From the sequence record NC_048203.1: a stretch of 64,000 nt of DNA; one strand, written 5' to 3'. How positions within the stretch are numbered: position 1 is the stretch's first letter; every line of letters starts with the position of its first letter. The notes beneath the pieces were generated by a model. The model ran no database searches, was not told where the DNA came from, and worked only from the letters and a program-made list of their open reading frames with translations. Below are positions 1 to 8,213 of this stretch, one piece after another. The DNA is from Escherichia phage vB_Eco_mar003J3. The translations under genes were made by a program, and so were the position numbers.

Positions 1-302
1 ACCACCACGTCTTAGAGTTTTGTCGATTATGAACGCTTGAGATCTTCGCCTCATTAAAGTGCTTCAAAAGCATATAATCAGCCCCTAATTGCTCAAGTGG
101 AATGTGATCTCCACTAGAATCATAAACATAAGGCCGTTGATTAGCTCTGTAGTGATATACCTTATTAATCCGGCGTTTAAGCAAAGGACTAGTACAGTAT
201 ATAAAGAAGTTTTTAGGATGCATCAGCATCTCCTTCAAAATTGGTGCACCCCGTTGGTAACGATCCAACCTCTCAAGCTCTTCAGGCAAGCGCTAATCCA
301 TC

Positions 303-866
303 TCAGCTAAAGGTGCAAATATTTTTAGGGTCTCCCCCAAGAGCCTTATATCTCTTTCGGAGTCCATTATCAGATAGTCCAAGTTCTCTTGAAGCTATAG
401 CCCAGGAGAAGTTTCGTACCCAATACTCTATATCTTCTTTTGTAATATCTCTATTCTTAATCCTAGCCGAAGCAGTACACTTTAAGCAGGCTTTTGAGGA
501 TTTATGCTTAGTATCACCACAAATAGGACAAACATCCGTTCTTCTACTAATATTGTTATCAGAACATGTTTTTATTACGTGCTCTTCTTTACTAAGAACT
601 TGTAGGTTGCTTAGTTCAAAATTTGCCGGATTTCTATCTTTATGGTCTACTTCTTTAGAGGAATAAAGATCTTCTAAATCTTTAAATACTCTGCATAATA
701 GTCTAGATATTAAAAGAGTATGCTCAACACCATTTTTACTTAGCTTAACACATGGATAACCTTTATTGTTAAGATAAGTAGCTATTTCTCTGTTAACATG
801 CAATGAGTAAACTTTGCCTGTTTCAGAAATTTTATACATAGGAAATTCAGGTATTGTCTTAAACAT
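303..866 (-). CDS. HNH homing endonuclease
   Basis: 187 aa; HNH-like core VDHKDRNPANFELSNLQVL plus C-terminal Cys cluster CPICG...CLKC. Confidence 0.7.
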   Translation of the reverse strand: MFKTIPEFPMYKISETGKVYSLHVNREIATYLNNKGYPCVKLSKNGVEHTLLISRLLCRVFKDLEDLYSSKEVDHKDRNPANFELSNLQVLSKEEHVIKTCSDNNISRRTDVCPICGDTKHKSSKACLKCTASARIKNRDITKEDIEYWVRNFSWAIASRELGLSDNGLRKRYKALGGDPKNICTFS

Positions 867-880
867 ACTATTTTCTTATC

Positions 881-951
881 TGGCAGGGGTAAAGGTATTC
901 GAAACCTTTTCATGGGTTTTGGAGGCCCACTAGCAACCTATGCGTACCCCC
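881..951 (-). other. degenerate tRNA-like element
   Basis: Acceptor GGGGGTA/TACCCCT, T-arm AAGGT-TTCGAAT-ACCTT and CCA present, but only 71 nt with non-canonical D and anticodon arms. Confidence 0.3.
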
Positions 952-960
952 ATTATTAAT

Positions 961-1035
961 TGGCACACCCACGGAGAATTGAACTCCGATTCTCAGATTG
1001 AAATCCTGATGTCCTAACCATTAGACGATAGGTGC
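961..1035 (-). tRNA. tRNA, anticodon TTC (Glu) by manual fold
   Basis: 75 nt cloverleaf; acceptor GCACCTA/TGGGTGT, D stem GTCT/GGAC, anticodon loop ATTTCAA, T-arm CGGAG-TTCAATT-CTCCG, encoded CCA. Confidence 0.6.
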
Positions 1036-1044
1036 ATTAAATTT

Positions 1045-1126
1045 GGTGGGGGATGGAGGACTCGAACCTCCGCGTGATATACCCGGTCTACAGCCAGGCG
1101 CCGTCGCCACTGAGCCAATCCCCCAT
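1045..1126 (-). tRNA. tRNA-Tyr (anticodon GTA)
   Basis: Acceptor GGGGGAT/ATCCCCC perfect, anticodon stem CCTGG/CCGGG with loop CTGTAGA, extended variable region, T-arm GGAGG-TTCGAGT-CCTCC, CCA. Confidence 0.7.
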
Positions 1127-1248
1127 ATTTGAATGAAAAGTAAGTCGGTTAAACTCAAGGTGGAATATTTCAGGATTTCCTGACTTTACCCCTAAAAGCA
1201 ACTCGCTTAATTACTTCTCATTCAGATATGTTTCCAAATTAGATAAAT

Positions 1249-1278
1249 ATTATATCAAGTTTTAAGGCACTTGAGCAA
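1249..1278 (-). promoter_or_regulatory. sigma70-like promoter (-35 TTGCTC, 18-bp spacer, -10 TATAAT)
   Basis: Read on minus strand; lies upstream of the minus-strand tRNA pair. Confidence 0.4.
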
Positions 1279-1314
1279 GTCAAACTTTAAAGAACTTGCT
1301 CAGTGCTGTATCAG

Positions 1315-1590
1315 TTAATCAAATGAAGGAGTGACTTTCAAAGTGAATGGAAGTTCGAATACCTCTTCACCTTCATCAGTAACAGTGACTACTCGACCCT
1401 CTAGCTTATTCATGCTGATTTCAACATCAGCCGTAGCATCAGGAGCCATACCAGCTTCAACACATTTAGCTTTAATTTCCGGCAGAAGTTCTACATCATA
1501 GAAATAAAGCCATTCAATCTCACCTTCCCAGCCTTCCCAGGATTTACAGATTGCACTTTCAATACCAGTTGTTATAACACGATTTTGCAT
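1315..1590 (-). CDS. hypothetical protein (91 aa)
   Basis: ORF preceded by promoter-like element at 1621-1650. Confidence 0.5.
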   Translation of the reverse strand: MQNRVITTGIESAICKSWEGWEGEIEWLYFYDVELLPEIKAKCVEAGMAPDATADVEISMNKLEGRVVTVTDEGEEVFELPFTLKVTPSFD

Positions 1591-1620
1591 TCGTTAACTC
1601 CTTCATCAATTTATATAACT

Positions 1621-1650
1621 ATTATAACAGAAATCTTAAGTAAAAAGCAA
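1621..1650 (-). promoter_or_regulatory. sigma70-like promoter (-35 TTGCTT, 18-bp spacer, -10 TATAAT)
   Basis: Minus-strand reading of aagcaa ... attata. Confidence 0.45.
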
Positions 1651-1680
1651 GTACATTTTTAAAATTTCTGCTTGGAGGAG

Positions 1681-1953
1681 TTAAACTCCTGATTCTTCAG
1701 CCAGATCAAGCCCAACCAACGTGATTGCCATAATAGCCGCGCCATGTTCCTTCTCTCCTAGCTCTTTAGCTTGAGTGAGAATATTGAGGAATTGCTTTTG
1801 AAAATCTGTAACTTCTTCTGTCATGCCTGCTTCAGCAATAATTCCTTTCAGCATAAAGCGTTGTGCCGTAATTTCAGGATTAGCCATTTGTTTTCTCCAG
1901 TTATTTAGAATGTAAGCCAAACTTAGGATCATAGCGATCATAAGTCGTACCAT
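1681..1953 (-). CDS. hypothetical protein (90 aa)
   Basis: ORF only. Confidence 0.4.
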   Translation of the reverse strand: MVRLMIAMILSLAYILNNWRKQMANPEITAQRFMLKGIIAEAGMTEEVTDFQKQFLNILTQAKELGEKEHGAAIMAITLVGLDLAEESGV

Positions 1954-2038
1954 TAGTTGAAGTCTTGATGCTATGAAAACGACAGTACATAAATTTACGT
2001 AGTGCTTTCTTAATAGCTTTCATTTTATTTCCTTAATT

Positions 2039-2115
2039 TGGTAGGGGTGGTGGGATTCGAACCCACAAAACCTGAATTTTAAGTCCAGTACCTATGCCAA
2101 TTCGATTACACCCCC
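2039..2115 (-). tRNA. tRNA, anticodon TAA (Leu-type) in a short-variable-arm scaffold
   Basis: 77 nt; acceptor GGGGGTG/CACCCCT, discriminator A, CCA, anticodon stem CTGGA/TTCAG with loop CTTAAAA, T-arm GTGGG-TTCGAAT-CCCAC; D stem weak. Confidence 0.55.
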
Positions 2116-2124
2116 ATGTAATCT

Positions 2125-2472
2125 TTAGAGTTCGTAACCCTGAATATATCGAGCAAAACCAGTAATCTCGAACTGAATTGCCCATGCTACTTCCATATGC
2201 TCAATCTTACTAAAATGAGCGTCAGACTGTTCTAGGAAATAACGAGAGATTATAGGGAACTCAATGTCAAAATCTTCCTTATCCATACCATAGAAGAAGT
2301 TTCCAGAAATATTACGAACTTCACGAAAGAAATCCTCAATCTGAAAATCCATCAGAGGATAAGTATATTCCTCTTTGCTATCATCCGTTTGGAAGAAGCG
2401 GAAATGCACAAGGCAAGAGCCAATCAGATTTACTGCTGGAGTAGTGTAAATATCCATGTTAACCTCGATCAA
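2125..2472 (-). CDS. hypothetical protein (115 aa)
   Basis: ORF, acidic. Confidence 0.45.
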   Translation of the reverse strand: MIEVNMDIYTTPAVNLIGSCLVHFRFFQTDDSKEEYTYPLMDFQIEDFFREVRNISGNFFYGMDKEDFDIEFPIISRYFLEQSDAHFSKIEHMEVAWAIQFEITGFARYIQGYEL

Positions 2473-2644
2473 TATCTAGAGAAATTCCAAATTCTGGATT
2501 AATACCAGAACCATTACATGCTGCGCATTCCCACTCTTCAAAACGCATATCGCCAGGTTCAGCATCATTAATAGTACCTGTTCCTTGGCAGTGAGTACAC
2601 ATGCACTCTTCTAGTTCTTGTTTAAGCTCTTGAAACTTAGACAT
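2459..2644 (-). CDS. small zinc-ribbon protein (DnaJ-type CxxCxGxG repeats)
   Basis: 61 aa; CTHCQGTG and CAACNGSG motifs. Confidence 0.5.
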   Translation of the reverse strand: MSKFQELKQELEECMCTHCQGTGTINDAEPGDMRFEEWECAACNGSGINPEFGISLDIDRG

Positions 2645-2661
2645 ATAGTCTCCTAGTTAAT

Positions 2662-2739
2662 TGGTGGCTCCCGGAGGATTCGAACCTACCTACCTTTCGC
2701 TTATGAGGCGACGGCTCATACCAAATGAGCTTGAGAACC
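2662..2739 (-). tRNA. tRNA, anticodon CAT (Met or Ile-lysidine)
   Basis: Acceptor GGTTCTC/GGGAGCC with two G-U pairs, D stem GCTC/GAGC, anticodon loop CTCATAA, TTCGAAT T-loop, CCA. Confidence 0.55.
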
Positions 2740-2744
2740 AAATT

Positions 2745-2833
2745 TGGAGGAAGAAGTGGGAATCGAACCCACAAGGCTATGTTTCAAACCGACAGATTAG
2801 CAATCTGCTGCAATACCGTTATGCTATTCTTCC
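2745..2833 (-). tRNA. tRNA-Ser (anticodon GCT), class II
   Basis: 89 nt; acceptor GGAAGAA/TTCTTCC perfect, anticodon stem GCAGA/TCTGT with loop TTGCTAA, long variable arm, T-arm GTGGG-TTCGATT-CCCAC, CCA. Confidence 0.7.
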
Positions 2834-3343
2834 TTAATTATTTCGGGCATATTCCCCATGAAGTTTCTCTCTCAGTTGAATTAGAGCTTCATTTGCTGCT
2901 TCAGGAGTACTGTGCAGCCCTGCGGAGTATGACTTACCTTTAAACATTATTCTACCCTGCCACTGACCAGATGCTTTGTGGTAGGATACTCCCTTAAATC
3001 CGCTAGTATTCCTAGAAGATTTACTAGCATTATGAGTATTAGTGGTACTATCCGCTGCTCTTAAATTTAAAGGATGTATGTTTAACTTATTGCAGTCTTT
3101 ATGATCAATCATTTCCGGCCTATACCCATAATATAGTATAAATACTATGATATGAGCTAAGTAATCTTGGTGATCAACGTTAACTCTGATATACCCAGAG
3201 CTTTTGTGCAAAGATCCCGCAGGTTTATTGGCAAACTTAGTATTAAATATCTTCTCCTCTCTGGAGTTTCCGGAGAGCGGATTCCACACCAGTACACCAT
3301 CTTCTAAACGGAATCTATAAAGTATAGACTCATAGTCTAGCAT
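2834..3343 (-). CDS. HNH homing endonuclease
   Basis: 169 aa; IDHKDCNKLNIHPLNLRAA HNH core; C-terminal SGFKGVSYHK...W.GRI AP2-like region. Confidence 0.75.
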   Translation of the reverse strand: MLDYESILYRFRLEDGVLVWNPLSGNSREEKIFNTKFANKPAGSLHKSSGYIRVNVDHQDYLAHIIVFILYYGYRPEMIDHKDCNKLNIHPLNLRAADSTTNTHNASKSSRNTSGFKGVSYHKASGQWQGRIMFKGKSYSAGLHSTPEAANEALIQLREKLHGEYARNN

Positions 3344-3376
3344 AAATAGTTCCTAATCTTCCAAATTTATGAATAT

Positions 3377-3405
3377 ATTATACAGAAAATTTCGGCATTA
3401 AGCAA
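3377..3405 (-). promoter_or_regulatory. T5-type early promoter (-35 TTGCTT, 17 bp, -10 TATAAT)
   Basis: Minus-strand reading; part of a roughly 60-bp cassette repeated through the early region. Confidence 0.6.
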
Positions 3406-3413
3406 GTGAAATT

Positions 3414-3710
3414 TTACTGAACATTGCACTGATATACCTGTTTGATACGTGTCACTGACTTCTTAGTTGGGTTGATAGAAGAACCCTGCCACCAACGTGA
3501 CTCTGAGCTAAGAATAGCACCAGGAACAGCCTGCTCTTTTGGCAGAACAATATCAAAACACTGTTCACCCATATTATCTTTAATGTGTGACCAAATATCC
3601 AAAGTAAATCGTTCTAACTTATTACAAACCTGAACTTGACAAAGTTCCTGTTGCGGAGCAGCAAATACAGAAGTAGATACTAGAGTCAGTGCAAGTACAA
3701 TGCGTTTCAT
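3414..3710 (-). CDS. secreted small protein with N-terminal signal peptide
   Basis: 98 aa; MKRIVLALTLVSTSVFA-AP signal-peptidase-I-type leader; several Cys. Confidence 0.55.
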   Translation of the reverse strand: MKRIVLALTLVSTSVFAAPQQELCQVQVCNKLERFTLDIWSHIKDNMGEQCFDIVLPKEQAVPGAILSSESRWWQGSSINPTKKSVTRIKQVYQCNVQ

Positions 3711-3740
3711 GTTTGATTCCTCTCTCGAATTTATAAATAT

Positions 3741-3769
3741 ATTATATAGAAATTTTCTATATTAAGCAA
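3741..3769 (-). promoter_or_regulatory. T5-type early promoter (TTGCTT, 17 bp, TATAAT)
   Basis: Minus-strand reading. Confidence 0.6.
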
Positions 3770-3786
3770 GTGAAAATTTCTGTATA

Positions 3787-3809
3787 ATAGCCCTCGCTTA
3801 GAGGGCTAT
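3787..3809 (-). terminator. hairpin ATAGCCCTC-gctta-GAGGGCTAT just after pnuC stop
   Basis: Perfect 9-bp stem; flanking U-rich run is weak. Confidence 0.4.
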
Positions 3810-3816
3810 AACTACT

Positions 3817-4509
3817 TTATTTGTTAACGCGTACAAAGTATCCTTTATAGGCTCCCATAATAGAGTTACCTAAGAATACTAGCCACATTGCTAGGATTGC
3901 ATAAGATGCACCTGTAGATTGAGTAGTTACAAGCCAAATGTACACAGTACCAATGTTAATAGCAATCCAGATCAGCCACTGCTCGGCATACTGCTTAACC
4001 ATAAGCCACATAGCGATCACACTACCTACCGCAGTAAATGCATCCAACATTGGGAATGGATCAGCCGTAGTAGCTAAGAAACTACCATACCCTAACGTGG
4101 CTACTGCTAGAATCCCTAGAGTCAGCAGAGCTTGGACTTTAGTCAGAATCTTAGTTGGAACATCTGGCAGATTACTTGGCTTATTTTTATGCCATAAGTA
4201 CATTCCATAAAACTGCATAGGAACGTAGTATAGCAGGTTTAGTGCAGCGTTACCATAAAGATCTGCGTTTAAAGCTGTAATACCATAGGTAAGAACACCA
4301 ACTAAGCCCCAAATATAGTTAGAAACACGTCCTTTAGCAACCAAAATAACACAAACTACGTTGGTTATCGCAGTAGCCCAATCTAGAGGTGTACCATTAT
4401 AGTTAGCTAAACTAATGAAGGCAACCGCTATGAACAGCCACAGATATTCCAGAGGTTTCCAGTTTTTAAAGTCATTTACGAGATAGTTAGTCATATTAAA
4501 ACTCTCCAA
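3817..4509 (-). CDS. pnuC: PnuC-family nicotinamide riboside / NMN transporter
   Basis: 230 aa polytopic membrane protein; matches recalled E. coli PnuC in the YGxYxW and PFPxLD...WLxWIxINI regions; 14-nt overlap with upstream nadR-like gene. Confidence 0.85.
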   Translation of the reverse strand: MESFNMTNYLVNDFKNWKPLEYLWLFIAVAFISLANYNGTPLDWATAITNVVCVILVAKGRVSNYIWGLVGVLTYGITALNADLYGNAALNLLYYVPMQFYGMYLWHKNKPSNLPDVPTKILTKVQALLTLGILAVATLGYGSFLATTADPFPMLDAFTAVGSVIAMWLMVKQYAEQWLIWIAINIGTVYIWLVTTQSTGASYAILAMWLVFLGNSIMGAYKGYFVRVNK

Positions 4510-5551
4510 CGTTAAAGTGATGAATCAGCCAGTCTACTGCGTTTACTGCTTCGTCCATACGAACTTTGTAGTCCGGGGAGTCGATGTACACAGTACGCCC
4601 TTCAGGGAACTGATTTGGAAATTCTTTCTTCATCTGCTCGAACAGTTCAGAAGTAATTGAACGATCGGAGTTAATACGTAAACCATCATCTACCCACTTG
4701 ACAGTGGGCGCTAGAACAATTACTAAATCGTAATGTTCTTCTTTTGCAATTGCTGTAACCACAGGGTTCTTACGATGTTCATAAAGTCTGTGGTAGAACT
4801 CAGTAATAAAAGCATTTGTATCCACAAACATGATCTTATTTGCAGTACGTTCTGCCTCAAACTCTAGCTCTTTGTGTCTGAACGCAATTTTACTATAATC
4901 TTCGCTGGTAAGCAGATTTTCGTTACCAACTAGATCAACTTCACAATACGTTCGACCATATTCTTCTACCCACGAAGTGTTGTATAGCTTCGCAAGGTAT
5001 TTTGTTAAAGTAGTCTTTCCTGAGCTTTCAGTCCCAATGATTACAACCCTACGCACGTAATCTTTACGAACTACGCTAGGAAGAAACTCCCAATACTTCA
5101 TAAGATCATTACGAATCATTGTAGCTGAGATTGGAACACGAGTCCGATCAGAATCTACAATATAATGACCAAACTTCGGCAGATATTTCTTATATTCTGC
5201 ATCATAGTCTAGTTCGCTAGAGAAAATGGTGATCTCAGGCAAATGTCCGTAATTTTCATTAAGGATTCTAGCATATTCCGGCCAACCATTCGGATATTCA
5301 GGAATATCATCTTCAATAGTGTACTCTACCGAAATGTGCTCAATATCCGCGTAAGTTTGTTCTAACCAACGAAGTCGATTCTTTAACTGTAATACTTCCT
5401 GATCACGTGTGTTCTGCTTATCCAACCAACGATTATCATGACTAACTACAACAATAACTCGTTCACACATAGTTGCTGCTGTGTTTATTAGGTTAATATG
5501 ACCACGCGTTAATGGTGCGAACTTACCAATTACTAGACCAGTCTTAATCAT
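4496..5551 (-). CDS. nadR: NadR-like bifunctional NMN adenylyltransferase / ribosylnicotinamide kinase, no HTH domain
   Basis: GKFAPLTRGH nucleotidyltransferase motif, then Walker A GTESSGKTT kinase domain; start moved to MIKTG (SD GAGAGGAA) because the ORF-track extension to 5602 contains the promoter. Confidence 0.85.
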   Translation of the reverse strand: MIKTGLVIGKFAPLTRGHINLINTAATMCERVIVVVSHDNRWLDKQNTRDQEVLQLKNRLRWLEQTYADIEHISVEYTIEDDIPEYPNGWPEYARILNENYGHLPEITIFSSELDYDAEYKKYLPKFGHYIVDSDRTRVPISATMIRNDLMKYWEFLPSVVRKDYVRRVVIIGTESSGKTTLTKYLAKLYNTSWVEEYGRTYCEVDLVGNENLLTSEDYSKIAFRHKELEFEAERTANKIMFVDTNAFITEFYHRLYEHRKNPVVTAIAKEEHYDLVIVLAPTVKWVDDGLRINSDRSITSELFEQMKKEFPNQFPEGRTVYIDSPDYKVRMDEAVNAVDWLIHHFNVGEF

Positions 5552-5581
5552 ATTTGATTCCTCTCTCAAATTTATAAATAT

Positions 5582-5610
5582 ATTATACAGAGAATTTAGC
5601 ATTCAAGCAA
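5582..5610 (-). promoter_or_regulatory. T5-type early promoter (TTGCTT, 17 bp, TATAAT) for nadR-pnuC
   Basis: Minus-strand reading. Confidence 0.6.
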
Positions 5611-5769
5611 TCGAATTTTTTAACTTTTTAGTGGAAAAAATCTCAAGGCATTTAGTGGTAGCACGTTGTTGCTACAATAATAGTATATGATTCTAAAGAA
5701 TTAAAGAATTAAATACTAAAGACCTTAGTTGAATAACTTATGGGCTTTTCTTTTGCCTTAAATACAGAA

Positions 5770-5800
5770 AAGCCCACGCTCTCGGAGGAAACGCGGGCTT
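5770..5800 (-). terminator. hairpin terminator after SPFH gene
   Basis: AAGCCC...GGGCTT stem followed on minus strand by UUUCUGUAUUU. Confidence 0.5.
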
Positions 5801-5823
5801 GTTTCGAAGATTACGTGTAACTA

Positions 5824-6768
5824 TTACTTATTACGCATATCCATAATCATCTGGCCATCATAACCAGTACCTACAACAGTCTGAGGAACGCCACCCTGAT
5901 ATTTTTCAGCGCGTTTCATATCAACTTCCAGCTGTTTCCAGCGAATCATCTCTGGAGTGATGGTACGCTGCAGAGCGGTGTTAGCTTCAGCTTCTTTCTT
6001 AGCTGCATACAGTTTAGCATCTGCGTCACGTTCGTTAGCTACTGCCATATTTTCACGAGCAGAACGATCAGCCTCAGCTTGCTTAACTTTCTGCTGTGCT
6101 TCTTGTTCAACACGAGCTAGTTCAGCTTTTGCAGCGTTAACTTGTTCTTCACGAACTTTGGTGTTTTGTACCTGTTCCATGATTACCGGTGGCAGAGTAA
6201 TATCCTGAAGGAATACTTGCTTAACGGTGTAGCCATAAGGACGCGCATACTCTTCTACTTCTTGCTGAATAGCGGTTTGCAGTTGAGCCTGAATCTTAGC
6301 GTCGAACAGATCTTGTGCTTTTGGTACAGACTTACCAAACTCACGAATCGTAGACAGCATCTTCTCTTCAACGTACTTGTTCAGAGCTTGATCCTGAGTA
6401 CCTGCGTTAACACGGTTCATAGGAGCTTTAGCACCATCAAACTGCAACATAACTGTAATGTCAACTGTAGACTTAAACTTATCCTGGCTAGGAACCTGAA
6501 GTTTATCCAGTTTCATAGAAATATCTTTCGTACTAAAAGTATCAAAAGAGGCGAATGGGTTGACAATATGGAACCCCGGCAATACAGGATTAGGACTAAC
6601 TTTACCCAGGAAAGTCTGAGTTTTAACCGTACCATCCTGAACAACTGTATAGGAATTGAGAGCCAGAATAAGAGCGCCAAGACCAACTACAGCACCAACA
6701 CCCCAACGTTTAATAGCACGAATTACTTTTTGATCGGAAGTCAGTTCTTTAGTGTTTTTAGTAAACAT
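5824..6768 (-). CDS. SPFH/band-7 (prohibitin/HflC-like) membrane protein
   Basis: 314 aa; N-terminal TM helix, band-7-like core, long charged coiled-coil C-terminus. Confidence 0.65.
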   Translation of the reverse strand: MFTKNTKELTSDQKVIRAIKRWGVGAVVGLGALILALNSYTVVQDGTVKTQTFLGKVSPNPVLPGFHIVNPFASFDTFSTKDISMKLDKLQVPSQDKFKSTVDITVMLQFDGAKAPMNRVNAGTQDQALNKYVEEKMLSTIREFGKSVPKAQDLFDAKIQAQLQTAIQQEVEEYARPYGYTVKQVFLQDITLPPVIMEQVQNTKVREEQVNAAKAELARVEQEAQQKVKQAEADRSARENMAVANERDADAKLYAAKKEAEANTALQRTITPEMIRWKQLEVDMKRAEKYQGGVPQTVVGTGYDGQMIMDMRNK

Positions 6769-6779
6769 ATATTTCCTTA

Positions 6780-6980
6780 TTATTTAGAAGAGTTAGCTAC
6801 TACAGTTACTTTAGTTGCAGAAATAAACAGGCTAGCATCCACAGCAAATTCAGGAGCTTTGATATCTCCGTTATGAAATATGACTATACCGGAGACTACT
6901 TCAAATGCTAGCGCTGTAACATCGGTGGTATTTACTTGTGAATGTTCACCTACTACTTTTACTATATATCGTGTTTTCAC
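6780..6980 (-). CDS. hypothetical protein (66 aa)
   Basis: ORF only. Confidence 0.4.
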   Translation of the reverse strand: MKTRYIVKVVGEHSQVNTTDVTALAFEVVSGIVIFHNGDIKAPEFAVDASLFISATKVTVVANSSK

Positions 6981-7006
6981 TTTATTTTCCTAGCAGTTAA
7001 TAAAAT

Positions 7007-7081
7007 TGGCCGAGGTGACAGGATTCGAACCTGCATAAAGGAATTTAGAAGACTCCTGCCTATCCCTTAGACTACACCCCG
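7007..7081 (-). tRNA. tRNA-Arg (anticodon TCT)
   Basis: 75 nt; acceptor CGGGGTG/CACCTCG, D stem GTCT/AGGC, anticodon stem GGAGT/ATTCC with loop CTTCTAA, T-arm GCAGG-TTCGAAT-CCTGT, CCA. Confidence 0.7.
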
Positions 7082-7577
7082 TTTAGGTATTTTTAAGAAC
7101 TCTTATAAAAGCTCTTAAAGATACCGCCAGTAGCGAAGGACGAATCCCTTCATTAAGCGTCTCATTGGTACACACTACTGCCAGACGTATCTTCCAGTTT
7201 ACGTCAAGGTGACTTTGTGGTTATGTTCTCCGTATGTGAAGAACTCGGTTAGGCTTAGGTCATGACTCCCCGCCTACTGCTGCCACTCAACAGGAATTAT
7301 CGCGAATTACCTGTACTATTGGGCACCATTAGTGACATCTCTCATGTCAGCATTTCCCACTTTGTGGATAGCTTGAAAAACTACTCCGATATGGAGAAAG
7401 AACTTCACTATCCTAGAAATACCTTCTAAAGTTCTTCTTTAGCCTGGACATAGTTAAATCGTAATAAAACTATTCAGCAGACTGGTTGGTTAGCCTGGAA
7501 CCAACTACCGCGTGGTTTAGGCAGTGCGTAACTAACCTCGGAAGCTTTTACGTTAAAAGCTTCAGTTATCCAGTTCT

Positions 7578-7649
7578 TACCGACCGTAGGATTCGAACCT
7601 ACATCTTCCACCAGTTACGGCTTGATAATACCAATTATACTAGGACGGC
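7578..7649 (-). tRNA. tRNA-like gene, anticodon arm not resolvable (possible pseudo-tRNA)
   Basis: Acceptor GCCGTCC/GGTCGGT (one mismatch) and T-arm GTAGG-TTCGAAT-CCTAC clear; no 5-bp/7-nt anticodon arm found; no CCA. Confidence 0.4.
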
Positions 7650-7687
7650 AGTGTTACTACATAAGTGATTTCCACACACCACTATTA

Positions 7688-8170
7688 CTAACCAAAGTTA
7701 GTAAATTCTTTATGTAAGGATTCTCTTAATATCTTAGAGGCCTCGAAAGCCTCTTCCGCAGTTTTAAACCCTCTTTTACTGTAATTTTTTCCTTCATGTC
7801 TTACTTGGTATCTCCAGGAAGAGCCTTCCCAACTTACTCCTTTGTACCCAGAAGTATTATTGCATTGTTGGTTTCTATTCGCATTGTTTTGCGATCTAGA
7901 GGCGTCCCTTAGATTATTTTTCCTATTATTTCTAGGATTAGTATCCTTATGATCTACTTCTTCAGGCCTATATCCATAGTACATAATAAACAATAAGACA
8001 TGCAGTTGATAGGTGTCGCCCTGAAATCCCACATCTGGATGTGATTTCTTATTATTGGCACAACACTCTTTCAAACCTTTCTTTGTTTTCCTATATAGTA
8101 TCCCATTATCAGGATCAGCTACAAAATATTTTTCAAGTATTTCTTTAGTAGGGTATTCTTTCCTTTTCAT
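7688..8170 (-). CDS. HNH homing endonuclease
   Basis: 160 aa; EEVDHKDTNPRNNRKNNLR core; SGYKGVSW...WRYQV AP2-like C-terminus. Confidence 0.75.
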   Translation of the reverse strand: MKRKEYPTKEILEKYFVADPDNGILYRKTKKGLKECCANNKKSHPDVGFQGDTYQLHVLLFIMYYGYRPEEVDHKDTNPRNNRKNNLRDASRSQNNANRNQQCNNTSGYKGVSWEGSSWRYQVRHEGKNYSKRGFKTAEEAFEASKILRESLHKEFTNFG

Positions 8171-8176
8171 GAATAT

Positions 8177-8205
8177 ATGATACAGAATTTTGGAACGTTT
8201 AGCAA
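8177..8205 (-). promoter_or_regulatory. sigma70-like promoter (-35 TTGCTA, 17 bp, -10 TATCAT)
   Basis: Minus-strand reading. Confidence 0.5.
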
Positions 8206-8213
8206 ATCAATTT

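Noticed and set aside
5552-5602. N-terminal extension of nadR in the ORF track
   Set aside because: The extension contains the promoter -10 at 5582-5587; the SD-preceded Met at 5551 begins the conserved catalytic domain.
6142-6876. 244-aa plus-strand ORF
   Set aside because: Antisense to the SPFH gene and the adjacent small ORF, no motifs, no SD; likely spurious. The same applies to 10196-10783, 12298-12870, 48716-49294, 45965-46672 and 241-666.
7007-7081. Possible amber-suppressor tRNA (loop CTTCTAA contains CTA if shifted by one)
   Set aside because: Only the fold with stem GGAGT/ATTCC and anticodon TCT gives five base pairs; the shifted register breaks the stem.
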